From contig CAYUCS010000001.1 in the NCBI GenBank assembly GCA_964443495.1, positions 341,496 through 405,495 on the forward strand: 64,000 nt of DNA, written 5' to 3'. The notes under the pieces are model-generated. The model made no database searches. It had not been told where the DNA came from and saw nothing but the letters and a program-made list of their open reading frames with translations. Source of the stretch: an uncultured Gammaproteobacteria bacterium. Its GTDB lineage: Bacteria; Patescibacteriota; Patescibacteriia; Patescibacteriales; GWE2-39-37. Positions 54,990-64,000 of this stretch are shown one piece after another (the first letter of the stretch is position 1; every line of letters begins with the position of its first letter). Position numbers and translations under genes: made by a program.

Positions 54990-55949
54990 ATGAACAATGG
55001 CAATCCGCCTCAAGGACCGTTAGAGCAAGCCAAGGCCGAGCAGTATAAGGATCTTGAAGGCCTGAGCATCAAGAAACTCGAGTTCGCTTTATGGTACACG
55101 GAAAATAAATTCAAGCTCTACAAATTGCTGGTCAGCATCCTGCTGTTCATCGGCGTGGTCACTTGGGGTTATACTTTTTTCAATTTCGGCTACTATTATG
55201 TCGTCGGCATGGATCAGGATCGTCTATTGGCCAGGCAGATCGTTGCCACCCAGGGCATCGATCACGGCTACATATTGGAGGTTTCGGCCAAGAATCTGCT
55301 TGCCGGCACGACTCAAGTCTTGGAAACGGCTAATGGCAAATATGACCTGGTCGCGCAAGTCGAGAATCCTAATCCGCGCCACTGGGGCTTGATCACTTAT
55401 CATTTCGTGGTCGACGGCACGCCGACTCCGCGGGCCGATATGTTCATCTTGCCAAGCGAAAGCAAGCGCTTGCTGCAGCTGGGGCAGGAATTCACGCCTC
55501 GTCCGCTCGGCGCCGAACTGGTCATCGATAACGTCGGCTGGCAGCGCATCAGCAAGAAAACCATTCCGGATTGGCCGGCTTTCAAGGCCAAGTTCCTCAA
55601 TATCGATATCGCTGATAAAAAATTCACCCCGGCTCGTACGAGCGGCTTATCGGAAAAACTCAGCCTGAGCCAGCTTTCTTTCACGGCTACCAACCGCAGT
55701 TCGTATAACTATCTGCGCGCTAATTTCGACGCGTTCATTTATGTCGGCCCGACATTGATCGGAGTCAACCAATTCAGCATCGAGAATTTCCAATCCGATG
55801 AAACCAGGGAAGTGGCGGCTAATTTCTTGGGACAGTTCAATCGGGCGGACAATATCGAGATCGTTCCGAATATCAATATCCTGGATGCCGGCAACTTCTT
55901 GAAGTTTAACAGCTCCGAAAGCTTGCCAACTCACCCGGTTGAGCAGTAA
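54990..55949 (+). CDS. Membrane-anchored hypothetical protein upstream of the rodA/ftsW-family gene
   Basis: One TM helix (LLVSILLFIGVVTWGYTFF) and a beta-rich extracytoplasmic domain; ATG at 54990 (the ORF opens at a GTG at 54942). Confidence 0.6.
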   Translation: MNNGNPPQGPLEQAKAEQYKDLEGLSIKKLEFALWYTENKFKLYKLLVSILLFIGVVTWGYTFFNFGYYYVVGMDQDRLLARQIVATQGIDHGYILEVSAKNLLAGTTQVLETANGKYDLVAQVENPNPRHWGLITYHFVVDGTPTPRADMFILPSESKRLLQLGQEFTPRPLGAELVIDNVGWQRISKKTIPDWPAFKAKFLNIDIADKKFTPARTSGLSEKLSLSQLSFTATNRSSYNYLRANFDAFIYVGPTLIGVNQFSIENFQSDETREVAANFLGQFNRADNIEIVPNINILDAGNFLKFNSSESLPTHPVEQ

Positions 55950-55966
55950 TATGTAGCCGAAAGCCT

Positions 55967-57073
55967 ATGATGCGCCGGTTACTGCTTTACCTCAAAAATA
56001 TGGACTGGATAATGGTAGCCTCCGTGCTGCTATTATTAGCCATCGGCTTGGTTGAAATATATAGCGTCGCCCTGGGAAGAGGCGGCGCTGATTTGCTTAA
56101 TTTCAAAAAACAGATCCTTTTCATCGTAATCGGCTTCATCCTGATGTTCGGCCTGGCTTTTCTGGATTATCACTGGCTCCGCAGCTTCGGCAATTATTTC
56201 TACCTGATCGGAGTCGTTGCCTTGGTGGCGGTTCTGGCTTTCGGCAAGGTCATCAATGGCACTAGGGGCTGGTTCGATATCTTCGGCTTCGGCGTCCAGC
56301 CGGTCGAGTTCATCAAATTCGTGCTGATCCTGTTCTTGGCCCGGTATTTTTCGGCAGCATCATTGAAAGTGGCACCGATCAAGCATTTGGTGGTTACCGG
56401 TCTCGGGACTTTGCTGTTTTTCGTCTTAGTACTTCTCCAGCCAGACTTCGGTTCCGGCTTGCTGCTGTTCGCCCTTTGGCTATCGATCATCATCTTGGCA
56501 GGTTCGGAAAAGAAATATCTGGTCACCCTGTTCTTGGTGGTGGCCGTAATGTTCGGTGCCGCCTGGTCATTCTATTTCAAGCCCTACCAGAAGGAGCGCA
56601 TCATGACCTTCCTCAACCCCTCGTTCAACCCGCTTGATCAAGGATACAACGTGGCGCAAGCGATTATCGCGGTCGGCTCTGGCGGATTGACCGGCCGCGG
56701 CATCGGCTTCGGTTCGCAATCGCAATTGAAATTCTTGCCCGAAAGCCAGACTGACTTCATTTTCGCTGTCGTGGCCGAGGAGCTGGGCTTTTTAGGGGTC
56801 GGCCTAGTCTTGCTATTTTTCGGCATCTTTTTTTATCGTTGTTTGGCGAGCGTGCGTCAGGCCAAGAATGACTTCGGGGTCTTTTTCACGCTCGGTGTCA
56901 TGGTCCTGGTCTTTATCGAGATGTTCATCAATATCGGCATGAATCTCGGCGTGCTTCCGGTTATCGGCATCGCTTTGCCGTTTTTGAGTTATGGCGGCAG
57001 CTCGATTATCATGAACCTGATGATGGTAGGGGTCTTGCAAAGCATCGTGATCCGGTCTAGAATAAGTTATTAA
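55967..57073 (+). CDS. SEDS-family peptidoglycan polymerase (RodA/FtsW/SpoVE)
   Basis: About 10 TM helices; QPVEFIKF, PDFGSGLL, PESQTDFIFAVVAEELGF, LPFLSYGGSS. Confidence 0.9.
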   Translation: MMRRLLLYLKNMDWIMVASVLLLLAIGLVEIYSVALGRGGADLLNFKKQILFIVIGFILMFGLAFLDYHWLRSFGNYFYLIGVVALVAVLAFGKVINGTRGWFDIFGFGVQPVEFIKFVLILFLARYFSAASLKVAPIKHLVVTGLGTLLFFVLVLLQPDFGSGLLLFALWLSIIILAGSEKKYLVTLFLVVAVMFGAAWSFYFKPYQKERIMTFLNPSFNPLDQGYNVAQAIIAVGSGGLTGRGIGFGSQSQLKFLPESQTDFIFAVVAEELGFLGVGLVLLFFGIFFYRCLASVRQAKNDFGVFFTLGVMVLVFIEMFINIGMNLGVLPVIGIALPFLSYGGSSIIMNLMMVGVLQSIVIRSRISY

Positions 57074-57111
57074 GTCAACAGTCTGATAATTTAGTTAAAA
57101 TAAGCAATATT

Positions 57112-57732
57112 ATGAGTGAAGCAATCAAATTAGCGGCTGAAGGCCGTGAGAAAAGCGAGAAGCCGAATAAGCTGCGCGTAGCCGGTTTGGTGCCAGCCGT
57201 GGTTTATGGCCATGATTTCGCCAACCAGTCGATCAAGGTCAACGGGGGTGATTTCGACAAGGTTCTTGCCCAGGCCGGCGAAACCCACTTGGTCGATCTG
57301 TCGATCGATGGCAAGGCCCCTTTGAAGGTCATTATCTATGATGTCGCCCGCGAACAGGTCAAAGGCCGGGTACAGCATGTCGATTTCCTTAAGGTCAACA
57401 TGAAAGAGAAGTTGACCGTCGAAATCCCGTTGAATTTCGTCGGCGAATCCAAGGCCGTCAAAGAGCAGGGCGCCGTTATCAATCGTGCCAGCGACCACAT
57501 CGAGGTCGAGTGCTTGCCTGATGATTTGGTTGATAGCATCGAAGTCGATGTGTCGGTACTCAACGAATTCGGCGACACGATCACTATCGCCGACCTGAAA
57601 TTGCCGAAGGGCATGGCCGCCACCCACGACGCCGACGAGACTATCGTCAGCTTGGTCGAACAGGAGAAGCAGGAAGAGGCTCCGGTTGCAGAAGCGGAAG
57701 CAGCACCAGCCGCAGAAAAGAAAGCAGAATAA
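57112..57732 (+). CDS. rplY: 50S ribosomal protein L25/Ctc
   Basis: LRVAGLVPAVVYGH...VIIYDVAREQVKGRVQHVDF; acidic Ala/Glu tail. Confidence 0.85.
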   Translation: MSEAIKLAAEGREKSEKPNKLRVAGLVPAVVYGHDFANQSIKVNGGDFDKVLAQAGETHLVDLSIDGKAPLKVIIYDVAREQVKGRVQHVDFLKVNMKEKLTVEIPLNFVGESKAVKEQGAVINRASDHIEVECLPDDLVDSIEVDVSVLNEFGDTITIADLKLPKGMAATHDADETIVSLVEQEKQEEAPVAEAEAAPAAEKKAE

Positions 57733-57745
57733 GAAGGATATATCA

Positions 57746-57770
57746 AAAAGCCCCGGATTTCCGGGGCTTT
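57746..57770. terminator. Bidirectional terminator between rplY and prmC
   Basis: AAGCCCCGGA / TCCGGGGCTT stem flanked by A5 and T5. Confidence 0.7.
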
Positions 57771-58607
57771 TTAGTTTGAATGGATGATGGCTAAGCGGTC
57801 GTAACGGCCGAGGTCCTGTTTGATTTCGAAGCGGGCTTGCGGGAGTTCGGTTGCAATCAGGTCCCGCATGGCGGCACCCTGAGTGTCGTCAATCTCACAG
57901 AGGATGACAAAATCTCTCAGTCCGGTATTTTTGATTTGCTTGAAGAGCCTGCGGTAGTGGCGCAAGCCATCGGCGCCGGATTCGAGCGCTAAGCAAGGTT
58001 CGTGCTTTATGGACGGGGAGGCGGCGATTTGTGCCGGCGTAAGGTACGGCAGGTTGGCGCAGATTACGAAGCGCACGTCGCTGGACAGCCGCTTCGTTTC
58101 CAGGAGCGGTCGGAGCAGATTGCCGTGAATGAATTCGATCCGGTCATCGACGCCGTTCGATTCGGCGTTTTTTCGCGCTGTCGCCAACGCGCGTTTGGAA
58201 ATATCGATAGCGATGATTTTTGATCCAAGACGCTTGGCCAGCGTAATCGCAATGCAGCCCGAGCCGGTGCCGACATCGATGATGGCGCCAGGCATGGTTT
58301 TTTCAGTAAGAGCCAAGACCTCGTCGATCATCAGTTCAGTTTCCGGGCGTGGTACCAGGACGTGGCGGTTGACCGTGAAATCCAGGCCGTAGAATTCCTT
58401 GCGGCCGGTGAGATAGGCGAGCGGCTCGCCCGATCGGCGGCGCGCGACCAACTTCTCGATCCGGCGGATTCGTCCCGGTGCGAGCTGGCGTTCAGGCGAG
58501 ATCAAAACCTCTTCGCGCGATATTTCCAGTACGTGGGCGATGATGGTTTCGGCTTCCAGGCGCGATATTTCCGGGAAGCGCGCGATGATTGACTTGATAT
58601 TTTCCAT
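57771..58607 (-). CDS. prmC: Release-factor glutamine N5-methyltransferase PrmC/HemK
   Basis: DVGTGSGCIAI SAM motif; catalytic tetrapeptide reads NLPY (ICANLPYL) instead of NPPY; downstream of prfA. Confidence 0.85.
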   Translation of the reverse strand: MENIKSIIARFPEISRLEAETIIAHVLEISREEVLISPERQLAPGRIRRIEKLVARRRSGEPLAYLTGRKEFYGLDFTVNRHVLVPRPETELMIDEVLALTEKTMPGAIIDVGTGSGCIAITLAKRLGSKIIAIDISKRALATARKNAESNGVDDRIEFIHGNLLRPLLETKRLSSDVRFVICANLPYLTPAQIAASPSIKHEPCLALESGADGLRHYRRLFKQIKNTGLRDFVILCEIDDTQGAAMRDLIATELPQARFEIKQDLGRYDRLAIIHSN

Positions 58608-58705
58608 CTTTCAAAATATAAAAAAGCCAAAGGCTTTTTGTATGGTCAGGAATTCATGTTCCTTGACCAAAAAACGGCGCGTGAAGCGTGCCGTTTTCAG
58701 AGTTC

Positions 58706-59773
58706 TTATTGTTTTTGTCTCAATTCGGTTTCGGCTTGCTTCAGGGCGCTGACCAGCTCTTCCATATTGCCGTCCATGATGCGGGTAATCGAATGCCAGG
58801 TAGTGTTGATGCGGTGGTCAGTGATGCGGTCCTGAGGGAAGTTGTAAGTCCTGATCTTTTCCGAGCGGTCGCCTGAACCGATCTGTGATTTGCGTTCGGC
58901 GGCTTCGGCTTGCTGGATGTCGAGGCGCATCTTTTCGTAGAGGCGGGTGCGCAGCACTTCCATGGCCTTGACCTTGTTCTGCTGCTGGGATTTCTGGTCT
59001 TGGCAGGTTACGACCAGGCCGGTCGGCAGGTGGGTGATGCGGATGGCGGAGTTGGTGGTGTTGACCTTCTGGCCGCCAGGTCCGGAGGCGGCATACGTAT
59101 CGATGCGCAAGTCGGCGGCGTTGATCTGCACTTCGACTTCGGTGGCCTCGGGCAGTACGGCGACAGTGGCGGCCGAGGTGTGGATACGCCCGGCCTTTTC
59201 CGTTTCCGGCACGCGTTGGACGCGATGAGTGCCGCTCTCGAACTTCAGGTTGGAGTAAACGTTCTTGCCTGCGACCGAGAAGACGACTTCCTTGTAGCCG
59301 CCGATGCCGGTGGTGTTGGAGTCGAGGAGCTCGAGCTTCCAGCCCATCTTGCCGGCGAACAGGGAATACATGCGGAAGAGGTCGGCCGCGAACAATGCGG
59401 ACTCGTCGCCGCCGGTGCCAGCTCGGATTTCCATGATAATGTTCTTCTTGTCGTCTGGGTCCGCCGGGTGCAGCTCGGCCTCGATCTGCTCGGTCAGCTC
59501 TTTGGCTTTGGCCTTGAGAGGCTCGAGTTCAGCCTGGGCCATCTCTTTGAGTTCCTCGTCGGTTTCTTCGCTAGCCATCTCTTCGTTCTGTTTGATATGC
59601 TCAAGGGCTTGATTCAATTCATTGATCATTTCCACGACTTCTTTCAGGTCGGCATGTTCCTTTGAGACCGCCTTTAACTTATCCAAGTCGTTCACGACGG
59701 CAGGATCGGAGAGCTGCTGTTCCAGTTGTTTGAATTTTTCGAGGATGTCGGAGTACATAGTAGTAATTTTCAA
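58706..59773 (-). CDS. prfA: Peptide chain release factor 1
   Basis: PET tripeptide region [17 protein letters not shown]; SGPGGQKVN (GGQ). Confidence 0.95.
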   Translation of the reverse strand: MKITTMYSDILEKFKQLEQQLSDPAVVNDLDKLKAVSKEHADLKEVVEMINELNQALEHIKQNEEMASEETDEELKEMAQAELEPLKAKAKELTEQIEAELHPADPDDKKNIIMEIRAGTGGDESALFAADLFRMYSLFAGKMGWKLELLDSNTTGIGGYKEVVFSVAGKNVYSNLKFESGTHRVQRVPETEKAGRIHTSAATVAVLPEATEVEVQINAADLRIDTYAASGPGGQKVNTTNSAIRITHLPTGLVVTCQDQKSQQQNKVKAMEVLRTRLYEKMRLDIQQAEAAERKSQIGSGDRSEKIRTYNFPQDRITDHRINTTWHSITRIMDGNMEELVSALKQAETELRQKQ

Positions 59774-59850
59774 TGATCAATTTACAATTTTCAAACATTG
59801 AAAATTGAAACATTCATTGAAAATTGATCATTGTAAATTGAAAATTAAGA

Positions 59851-59916
59851 AAAACGGTTATCTGATTCTTTTATGCTTGCATTATAACAAACATAACAAA
59901 ATCAGATAACCGTTTT
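59851..59916 (-). terminator. Long-stem hairpin downstream of rpmE
   Basis: Perfect 17-bp stem AAAACGGTTATCTGATT / AATCAGATAACCGTTTT with a 32-nt loop. Confidence 0.5.
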
Positions 59917-59923
59917 GAAGCCG

Positions 59924-60202
59924 TTATTTCTTTTCCTTCTTGCCAGCCTTGGTTTCGGCCTTGGTGGCGAGCTTTGCCTTCTTGGTGCGGATTTCGGTCT
60001 TGGCGACGCTCTTCTTCGCCTCGAATTTCTCGACGCGGCGGGCAGTATCGATCAATTTCTGCTTGCCAGTGTAGAACGGGTGGCAAGCGGAACAGAGTTC
60101 GGTCTTGATTTCTGCCTCGGTTGAGCCGGTGATGAAGCTATTGCCGCAAGCGCAGCTGACTTTTGCTTCCGGGTAGTATGCCGGGTGGGTTGCCTGTTTC
60201 AT
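59924..60202 (-). CDS. rpmE: 50S ribosomal protein L31
   Basis: [10 protein letters not shown]...CACGNSF...[12 protein letters not shown] plus a Lys-rich C-terminal extension. Confidence 0.9.
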   Translation of the reverse strand: MKQATHPAYYPEAKVSCACGNSFITGSTEAEIKTELCSACHPFYTGKQKLIDTARRVEKFEAKKSVAKTEIRTKKAKLATKAETKAGKKEKK

Positions 60203-60262
60203 ATTCGAAATTAGGATATAAAGTAAAATAAAAGCCTTTTCACCGAAGTTAAAAGCTTTTAT

Positions 60263-60291
60263 ATAATATGAGAGATTGGTCCATTTGTCAA
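60263..60291 (-). promoter_or_regulatory. Sigma-70-type promoter for rpmE
   Basis: Minus strand: TTGACA (60291-60286), 17-nt spacer, TATTAT (60268-60263). Confidence 0.5.
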
Positions 60292-60576
60292 GGCTTATGG
60301 GGGTGTGACAAGGAGTAAGATTAGCCTTGAAGTGTGTTTAGCTAATATTAAATAATTTTTTGGTACGGTTATTGATGATACTTACTAATATAGCATATTA
60401 TAATATATTTGTCAATAGTTGACAGGAAGGGATAAACATTATAGTATAAGCCTAGCTCCTCGTATTGTTTTACGGGGTCTTTATTATTAAATCTCTCACA
60501 CCCTTTCGCTAATCAGCGAATTAATTCCTTGTCCGTTCGGAACGGATGACAGAGGGTGGAGGCAAAAAGGAAACAC

Positions 60577-61296
60577 ATGTACGAACTTCCAACACTGGAG
60601 GAGATGCTTAAGGCTGGCATGCATTTCGGCCATCGCACCTCCAAATGGCACCCCAAGATGGCGCCATACATTTTCGGTTCACGCAATGGCGTGCACATCA
60701 TCAACCTGGCCAAGAGCCGCCGCATGCTGGTCGAGGCGCTGAATGTCCTCGAACAGGCTGCCGCTGACGGCAAGACCGTGCTTTTGGTCGGTTCCAAGGC
60801 CCAGGTCAAGGCCCCGCTGAAGCAGATTGCTTTGGACTCTGGCATGCCTTTCGTCAATGAAGGCTGGCTGGGCGGCACCATCACCAACTTTCCGGTCATC
60901 CGCAAGGCTATCCAGAAGTACAAGACTCTGACCGCCGAAAAGGAAGCTGGCAAGCTGGATAAATACACCAAGAAAGAGCGCTTGCAGATCGATCGCGAAA
61001 TCGCCCGCTTGGACAAGAAAGTCGGCGGCCTGGTCAATTTGAACAAGGCGCCTGACCTGATGTTCGTTTGGGACATCAAGGAAGAGGACACGGCCGTTAC
61101 CGAAGCCCTGAAGCGCCAGATTCCGATCATCGCTATCTGCGATACCAACGTCAATCCGCAACACATCACCCATATCATTCCGTCGAACGACGATGCCACC
61201 AAGACCATCAAGATGGTCCTGGCTCTCGTCGGACAAGCCCTGCAGGCTGGCCGTGACAAGGCAAAAGCCGCTCCGGTAACCACCGAAAAGCAATAG
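60577..61296 (+). CDS. rpsB: 30S ribosomal protein S2
   Basis: MLKAGMHFGHRTSKWHPKM...; ATG at 60577 fits the S2 N-terminus (the ORF opens at a GTG at 60556). Confidence 0.95.
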   Translation: MYELPTLEEMLKAGMHFGHRTSKWHPKMAPYIFGSRNGVHIINLAKSRRMLVEALNVLEQAAADGKTVLLVGSKAQVKAPLKQIALDSGMPFVNEGWLGGTITNFPVIRKAIQKYKTLTAEKEAGKLDKYTKKERLQIDREIARLDKKVGGLVNLNKAPDLMFVWDIKEEDTAVTEALKRQIPIIAICDTNVNPQHITHIIPSNDDATKTIKMVLALVGQALQAGRDKAKAAPVTTEKQ

Positions 61297-61353
61297 CCAT
61301 CCCTCGGGAGGGTTGGTTTTGTTCGCAATAATTTAAATTAAGCTCATACATAT

Positions 61354-62166
61354 ATGGCTATTTCACTAGAACTCATCAAGGAACTCCGTGAAAAATCCGG
61401 AGCTGGCATGGCCGACTGCAAGAACGCTTTGACCGAAGCGAACGGCGATCTCGAGCAGGCTATGGATATCCTGCGCAAGAAAGGCATCGCCAAGGCTGCC
61501 AAGAGAAGTGACCGCGAGACCGGCGAAGGCTTGGTCAAGGTCGCGACCAACGACGACAATAACGAAGGTTATATGTTCTCCGTTTGCGCTGAGACCGACT
61601 TCGTCGTCCGCAGCGAACAGTTCCAGGCTTTTGCCGGCAAGCTGCTCGAGGTGGTCAAGGCCGCTCGCGTCGACACCAAGGAAGCTTTGATGGATATCGA
61701 CCTGGATGATGCCGGCACTGTCGGCCAAGCGATCGAAGCTTTGAGCTCGGTCGTGGGCGAGAAGATCGAACTGAAGCAGTACGCCACTTTGACTTCCGGC
61801 GGCACCGTCGGAGCATATTCGCACGCTGGCGAGCAGATCGGCGCCTTGGTCGCCATCGACCGCCCGAACGCTCCGGAATTGGCCCGCGATTTGGCCATGC
61901 AAGTGGCAGCTGCCAATCCGAAATATGTCTTGCCAGCCGATGTCGCTGCCGAAGAATTGCAGCGCGAGAAGGATATCTATGCTGAACAGCTGAAGAAAGA
62001 AGGCAAGCCTGAGGCGATGATCGAGAAGATCATGGCCGGCAAAGTCAACAAGTATTATGAAGAGGTCTGCCTGACTGAACAGGAATTCATCAAAGACGAA
62101 ACTAAGAAGATCAAGGATCTCTTGGCCGGTGCCAAGGTTGAGAAGTTCGAGCGCTTCGCGCTTTAA
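61354..62166 (+). CDS. tsf: Elongation factor Ts
   Basis: LIKELREKSGAGMADCKNAL UBA-like N-terminus; follows rpsB. Confidence 0.95.
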   Translation: MAISLELIKELREKSGAGMADCKNALTEANGDLEQAMDILRKKGIAKAAKRSDRETGEGLVKVATNDDNNEGYMFSVCAETDFVVRSEQFQAFAGKLLEVVKAARVDTKEALMDIDLDDAGTVGQAIEALSSVVGEKIELKQYATLTSGGTVGAYSHAGEQIGALVAIDRPNAPELARDLAMQVAAANPKYVLPADVAAEELQREKDIYAEQLKKEGKPEAMIEKIMAGKVNKYYEEVCLTEQEFIKDETKKIKDLLAGAKVEKFERFAL

Positions 62167-62175
62167 GATACATTC

Positions 62176-62994
62176 ATGCGTCTTGCCAAGATAAAACTCG
62201 CGCCTTGGGACAAAGCGGTTTACGTCAATCCGGACGGCCATTCTTTGAATGTCGGCGATCACGTCATTATCAAGACTGATCAAGGCAATGAAATGGCTGA
62301 AGTCTTAGGCTTCGAGCAGGAAGAGAAGTGCGCCGGCTGCCGCAACGTGGCCGATCCGTTGACGGTCCTGCGCAAGGCCTCGTCCGACGAACTGGAACGC
62401 CAGCCGTCGCAAGAGGAGCGGGAGCGCATCCTGCGCGAGAGCAAGCAGCTGGCAGAGCGCCATAATTTGGACATGAAGCTGGTTGATCTGATGTTTTCGG
62501 CCGACGGCTCGAAATTGACGATCGCCTTCATCGCTGACGGCCGCGTCGATTTCCGCGACTTGGTCAAAGACTTGACCCGCGCCTTCAATCGCACGATCCG
62601 CTTGCAGCAGATCGGTATCCGCGACGAAGCCCGGCTCTGCGGCGATTGCGGGCACTGCGGCAAGCCGCTGTGTTGCCGAACCTTCCTGACGGATTTCATC
62701 TCGATCACTTCGGAGATGGCCGAAGCGCAACAATGCGAGCATCGCGGCTCGGACCGCATCTCCGGCGCCTGCGGGCGCCTGATGTGCTGCCTGGCTTATG
62801 AACTCAAGGGCTACGAGGCGTCGGCCAAAGAGTTTCCTCCTGTGGGCACGGCCGTCAATGTCGACGGGCGCCGCGGCGAAGTCGTCAGCCATCATTATTT
62901 GAAGCGTTCGGTCAACGTCAAATTCATGGACGAGGACGGCAAGGGCGGTTGGAGTATCGTCGAGATCGATCTTGACCGCAATAAGAGAAAATAG
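62176..62994 (+). CDS. PSP1 C-terminal domain protein (YaaT/RicT-like)
   Basis: FIADGRVDFRDLVKDLTRAFNRTIRLQQIG and a CGDCGHCGKPLCC cysteine cluster. Confidence 0.8.
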   Translation: MRLAKIKLAPWDKAVYVNPDGHSLNVGDHVIIKTDQGNEMAEVLGFEQEEKCAGCRNVADPLTVLRKASSDELERQPSQEERERILRESKQLAERHNLDMKLVDLMFSADGSKLTIAFIADGRVDFRDLVKDLTRAFNRTIRLQQIGIRDEARLCGDCGHCGKPLCCRTFLTDFISITSEMAEAQQCEHRGSDRISGACGRLMCCLAYELKGYEASAKEFPPVGTAVNVDGRRGEVVSHHYLKRSVNVKFMDEDGKGGWSIVEIDLDRNKRK

Positions 62995-63007
62995 CAGATC
63001 ATATATC

Positions 63008-63033
63008 AAAAAAGCCCCGATTTGGGGCTTTTT
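63008..63033 (+). terminator. Rho-independent terminator
   Basis: GCCCC-GATTT-GGGGC followed by T6. Confidence 0.65.
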
Positions 63034-63057
63034 TGTTTGTGGTGGTATAATTGTTCC

Positions 63058-64000
63058 ATGGAAAGGAACAGACGATTATTGATATTGGCTATTGCCGCAC
63101 TTTGTGCCGCTTCGATTTTTTTGTGGTGGCCTCGGCCGAGCGGCGATGAGATAAAGAAGTTCACGCAGGCGCCAGCGGCCATCAATAAGGACGCGGTAGC
63201 GGTCATAGCTCAACCGGAAGCCGAGGAAGACACGACAGCCGCAACACGCCAGGATGTCGTGCCCAGCAAGGTTTTTTCCGGCTTGTTTTTCGGCGACATC
63301 ATGATCGACCGGCATGTCGCGACCATCATCAAGAATGATGACGCCGCCTCGCTTTTGAAAGTTTTGTATGGTGATGGCGCGATGTTCAAGGGTTATGATG
63401 TGATTTCGGCTAATCTGGAGGGCGCGGTTACAGACAAGGGCGCTCACTACTCGCCGCAGCTAACGAACGATTTCGCATTCAAGCCGGTTACTGTGGCTAG
63501 CTTCAAAAAATACGGCTTCAATTTTTTCAATATCGCCAATAACCATTTGACCGACCAAGGGCAGAGAGGCGTGGCCGAGACGGAGAAGAATCTGGCTGCG
63601 CTCGGCTTGGGCTATTCCGGCTGCGCTGACCGGCAAGTCGGGGATTGCAGCGGCGCTGTGAAGAAAATCGGCGACACGAAAGCGGCCTTGCTCGGTTTCA
63701 GCATGGTCTATGGCGATTTCGACTTGGATGCAGCCAAGTCGAAAGTGGCTGAAGCCGAAACACAGAACGATTTCGTGGTCGTGAACGTTCATTGGGGCAG
63801 CGAATACACCCATCAATTTTCCAAAAAGCAGCAAGCGGTCGGCCGCGCCTTGATCGACGCGGGAGCGGATGTTGTCATCGGCCATCATCCGCACGTGACC
63901 CAGGGCATCGAGTCTTACAAGGACGGGTTGATTTTTTATTCTCTCGGCAATTTCATCTTTGACCAGTATTTTTCGCGTGACACCCAAGAGAGTTTGGCGA
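63058..64000 (+). CDS. CapA/PgsA-family metallophosphatase-like protein (3' end beyond the window)
   Basis: N-terminal TM/signal; FFGDIMIDRH, NIANNHLTDQG, VNVHWGSEY, GHHPHV; not in the ORF track because no stop codon lies in the window. Confidence 0.75.
   Translation, partial: MERNRRLLILAIAALCAASIFLWWPRPSGDEIKKFTQAPAAINKDAVAVIAQPEAEEDTTAATRQDVVPSKVFSGLFFGDIMIDRHVATIIKNDDAASLLKVLYGDGAMFKGYDVISANLEGAVTDKGAHYSPQLTNDFAFKPVTVASFKKYGFNFFNIANNHLTDQGQRGVAETEKNLAALGLGYSGCADRQVGDCSGAVKKIGDTKAALLGFSMVYGDFDLDAAKSKVAEAETQNDFVVVNVHWGSEYTHQFSKKQQAVGRALIDAGADVVIGHHPHVTQGIESYKDGLIFYSLGNFIFDQYFSRDTQESLA

Noticed and set aside
59774-59850. Possible CRISPR-like or tandem repeat array (TTGAAAATT units)
   Set aside because: The units are 9-13 nt, AT-rich, and irregularly spaced and oriented. 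There are no unique spacers and no cas genes. This is not a CRISPR array.

Overview
Bacterial chromosomal window read with the standard code. Composition is mid-to-high GC by eye, apart from one sharply AT-rich insert. I call about 75 protein genes and 3 tRNAs (Lys-UUU, Thr-UGU, Gln-CUG). There is no rRNA, no CRISPR array, and no intact transposase or integrase. Housekeeping genes: a minus-strand dTTP-synthesis cluster (tandem ThyX-like, Tmk-dUTPase fusion, P-loop kinase, dCMP deaminase); secE-nusG-rplK-rplA; rplU; ybaB-recR; dnaB; a DEAD-box helicase; a MiaB/MtaB-type methylthiotransferase; cysS; dus; dnaX; gyrB; a RodA/FtsW-family gene; rplY; rpmE-prfA-prmC; rpsB-tsf; a PSP1/RicT-like gene; and a CapA-like gene cut by the window end. 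The gene content and the many orphan ORFs suggest a small-genome uncultivated lineage (CPR/Patescibacteria-like), but that is inference only. Parts worth a second look: (1) An AT-rich island at about 27.56-30.06 kb carries a 416-aa protein with a C-terminal HEPN Rx4H block and a DUF5680-like gene, and ends in a gutted tyrosine-recombinase gene. This is my best candidate for an undescribed defence or abortive-infection module. (2) tRNA-Lys and tRNA-Gln are each followed by an exact copy of their own 3' end, placed behind a nearly identical GGGGCTTYCGCCCC hairpin, next to blocks of orphan genes. (3) There are two tightly coupled orphan operons (44.1-46.1 kb and 48.7-50.7 kb). The second contains a NADAR-like gene and is bracketed by two DEDDh exonuclease genes. 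(4) A membrane-anchored Hsp100/Clp-like ATPase has a DnaJ-type zinc finger and a degenerate first ATPase module. (5) An orphan VirD4/TraD-like coupling ATPase operon. (6) A CorA-like channel in which the GMN filter reads TMR. All functional calls come from motif reading by eye; no database search was possible.
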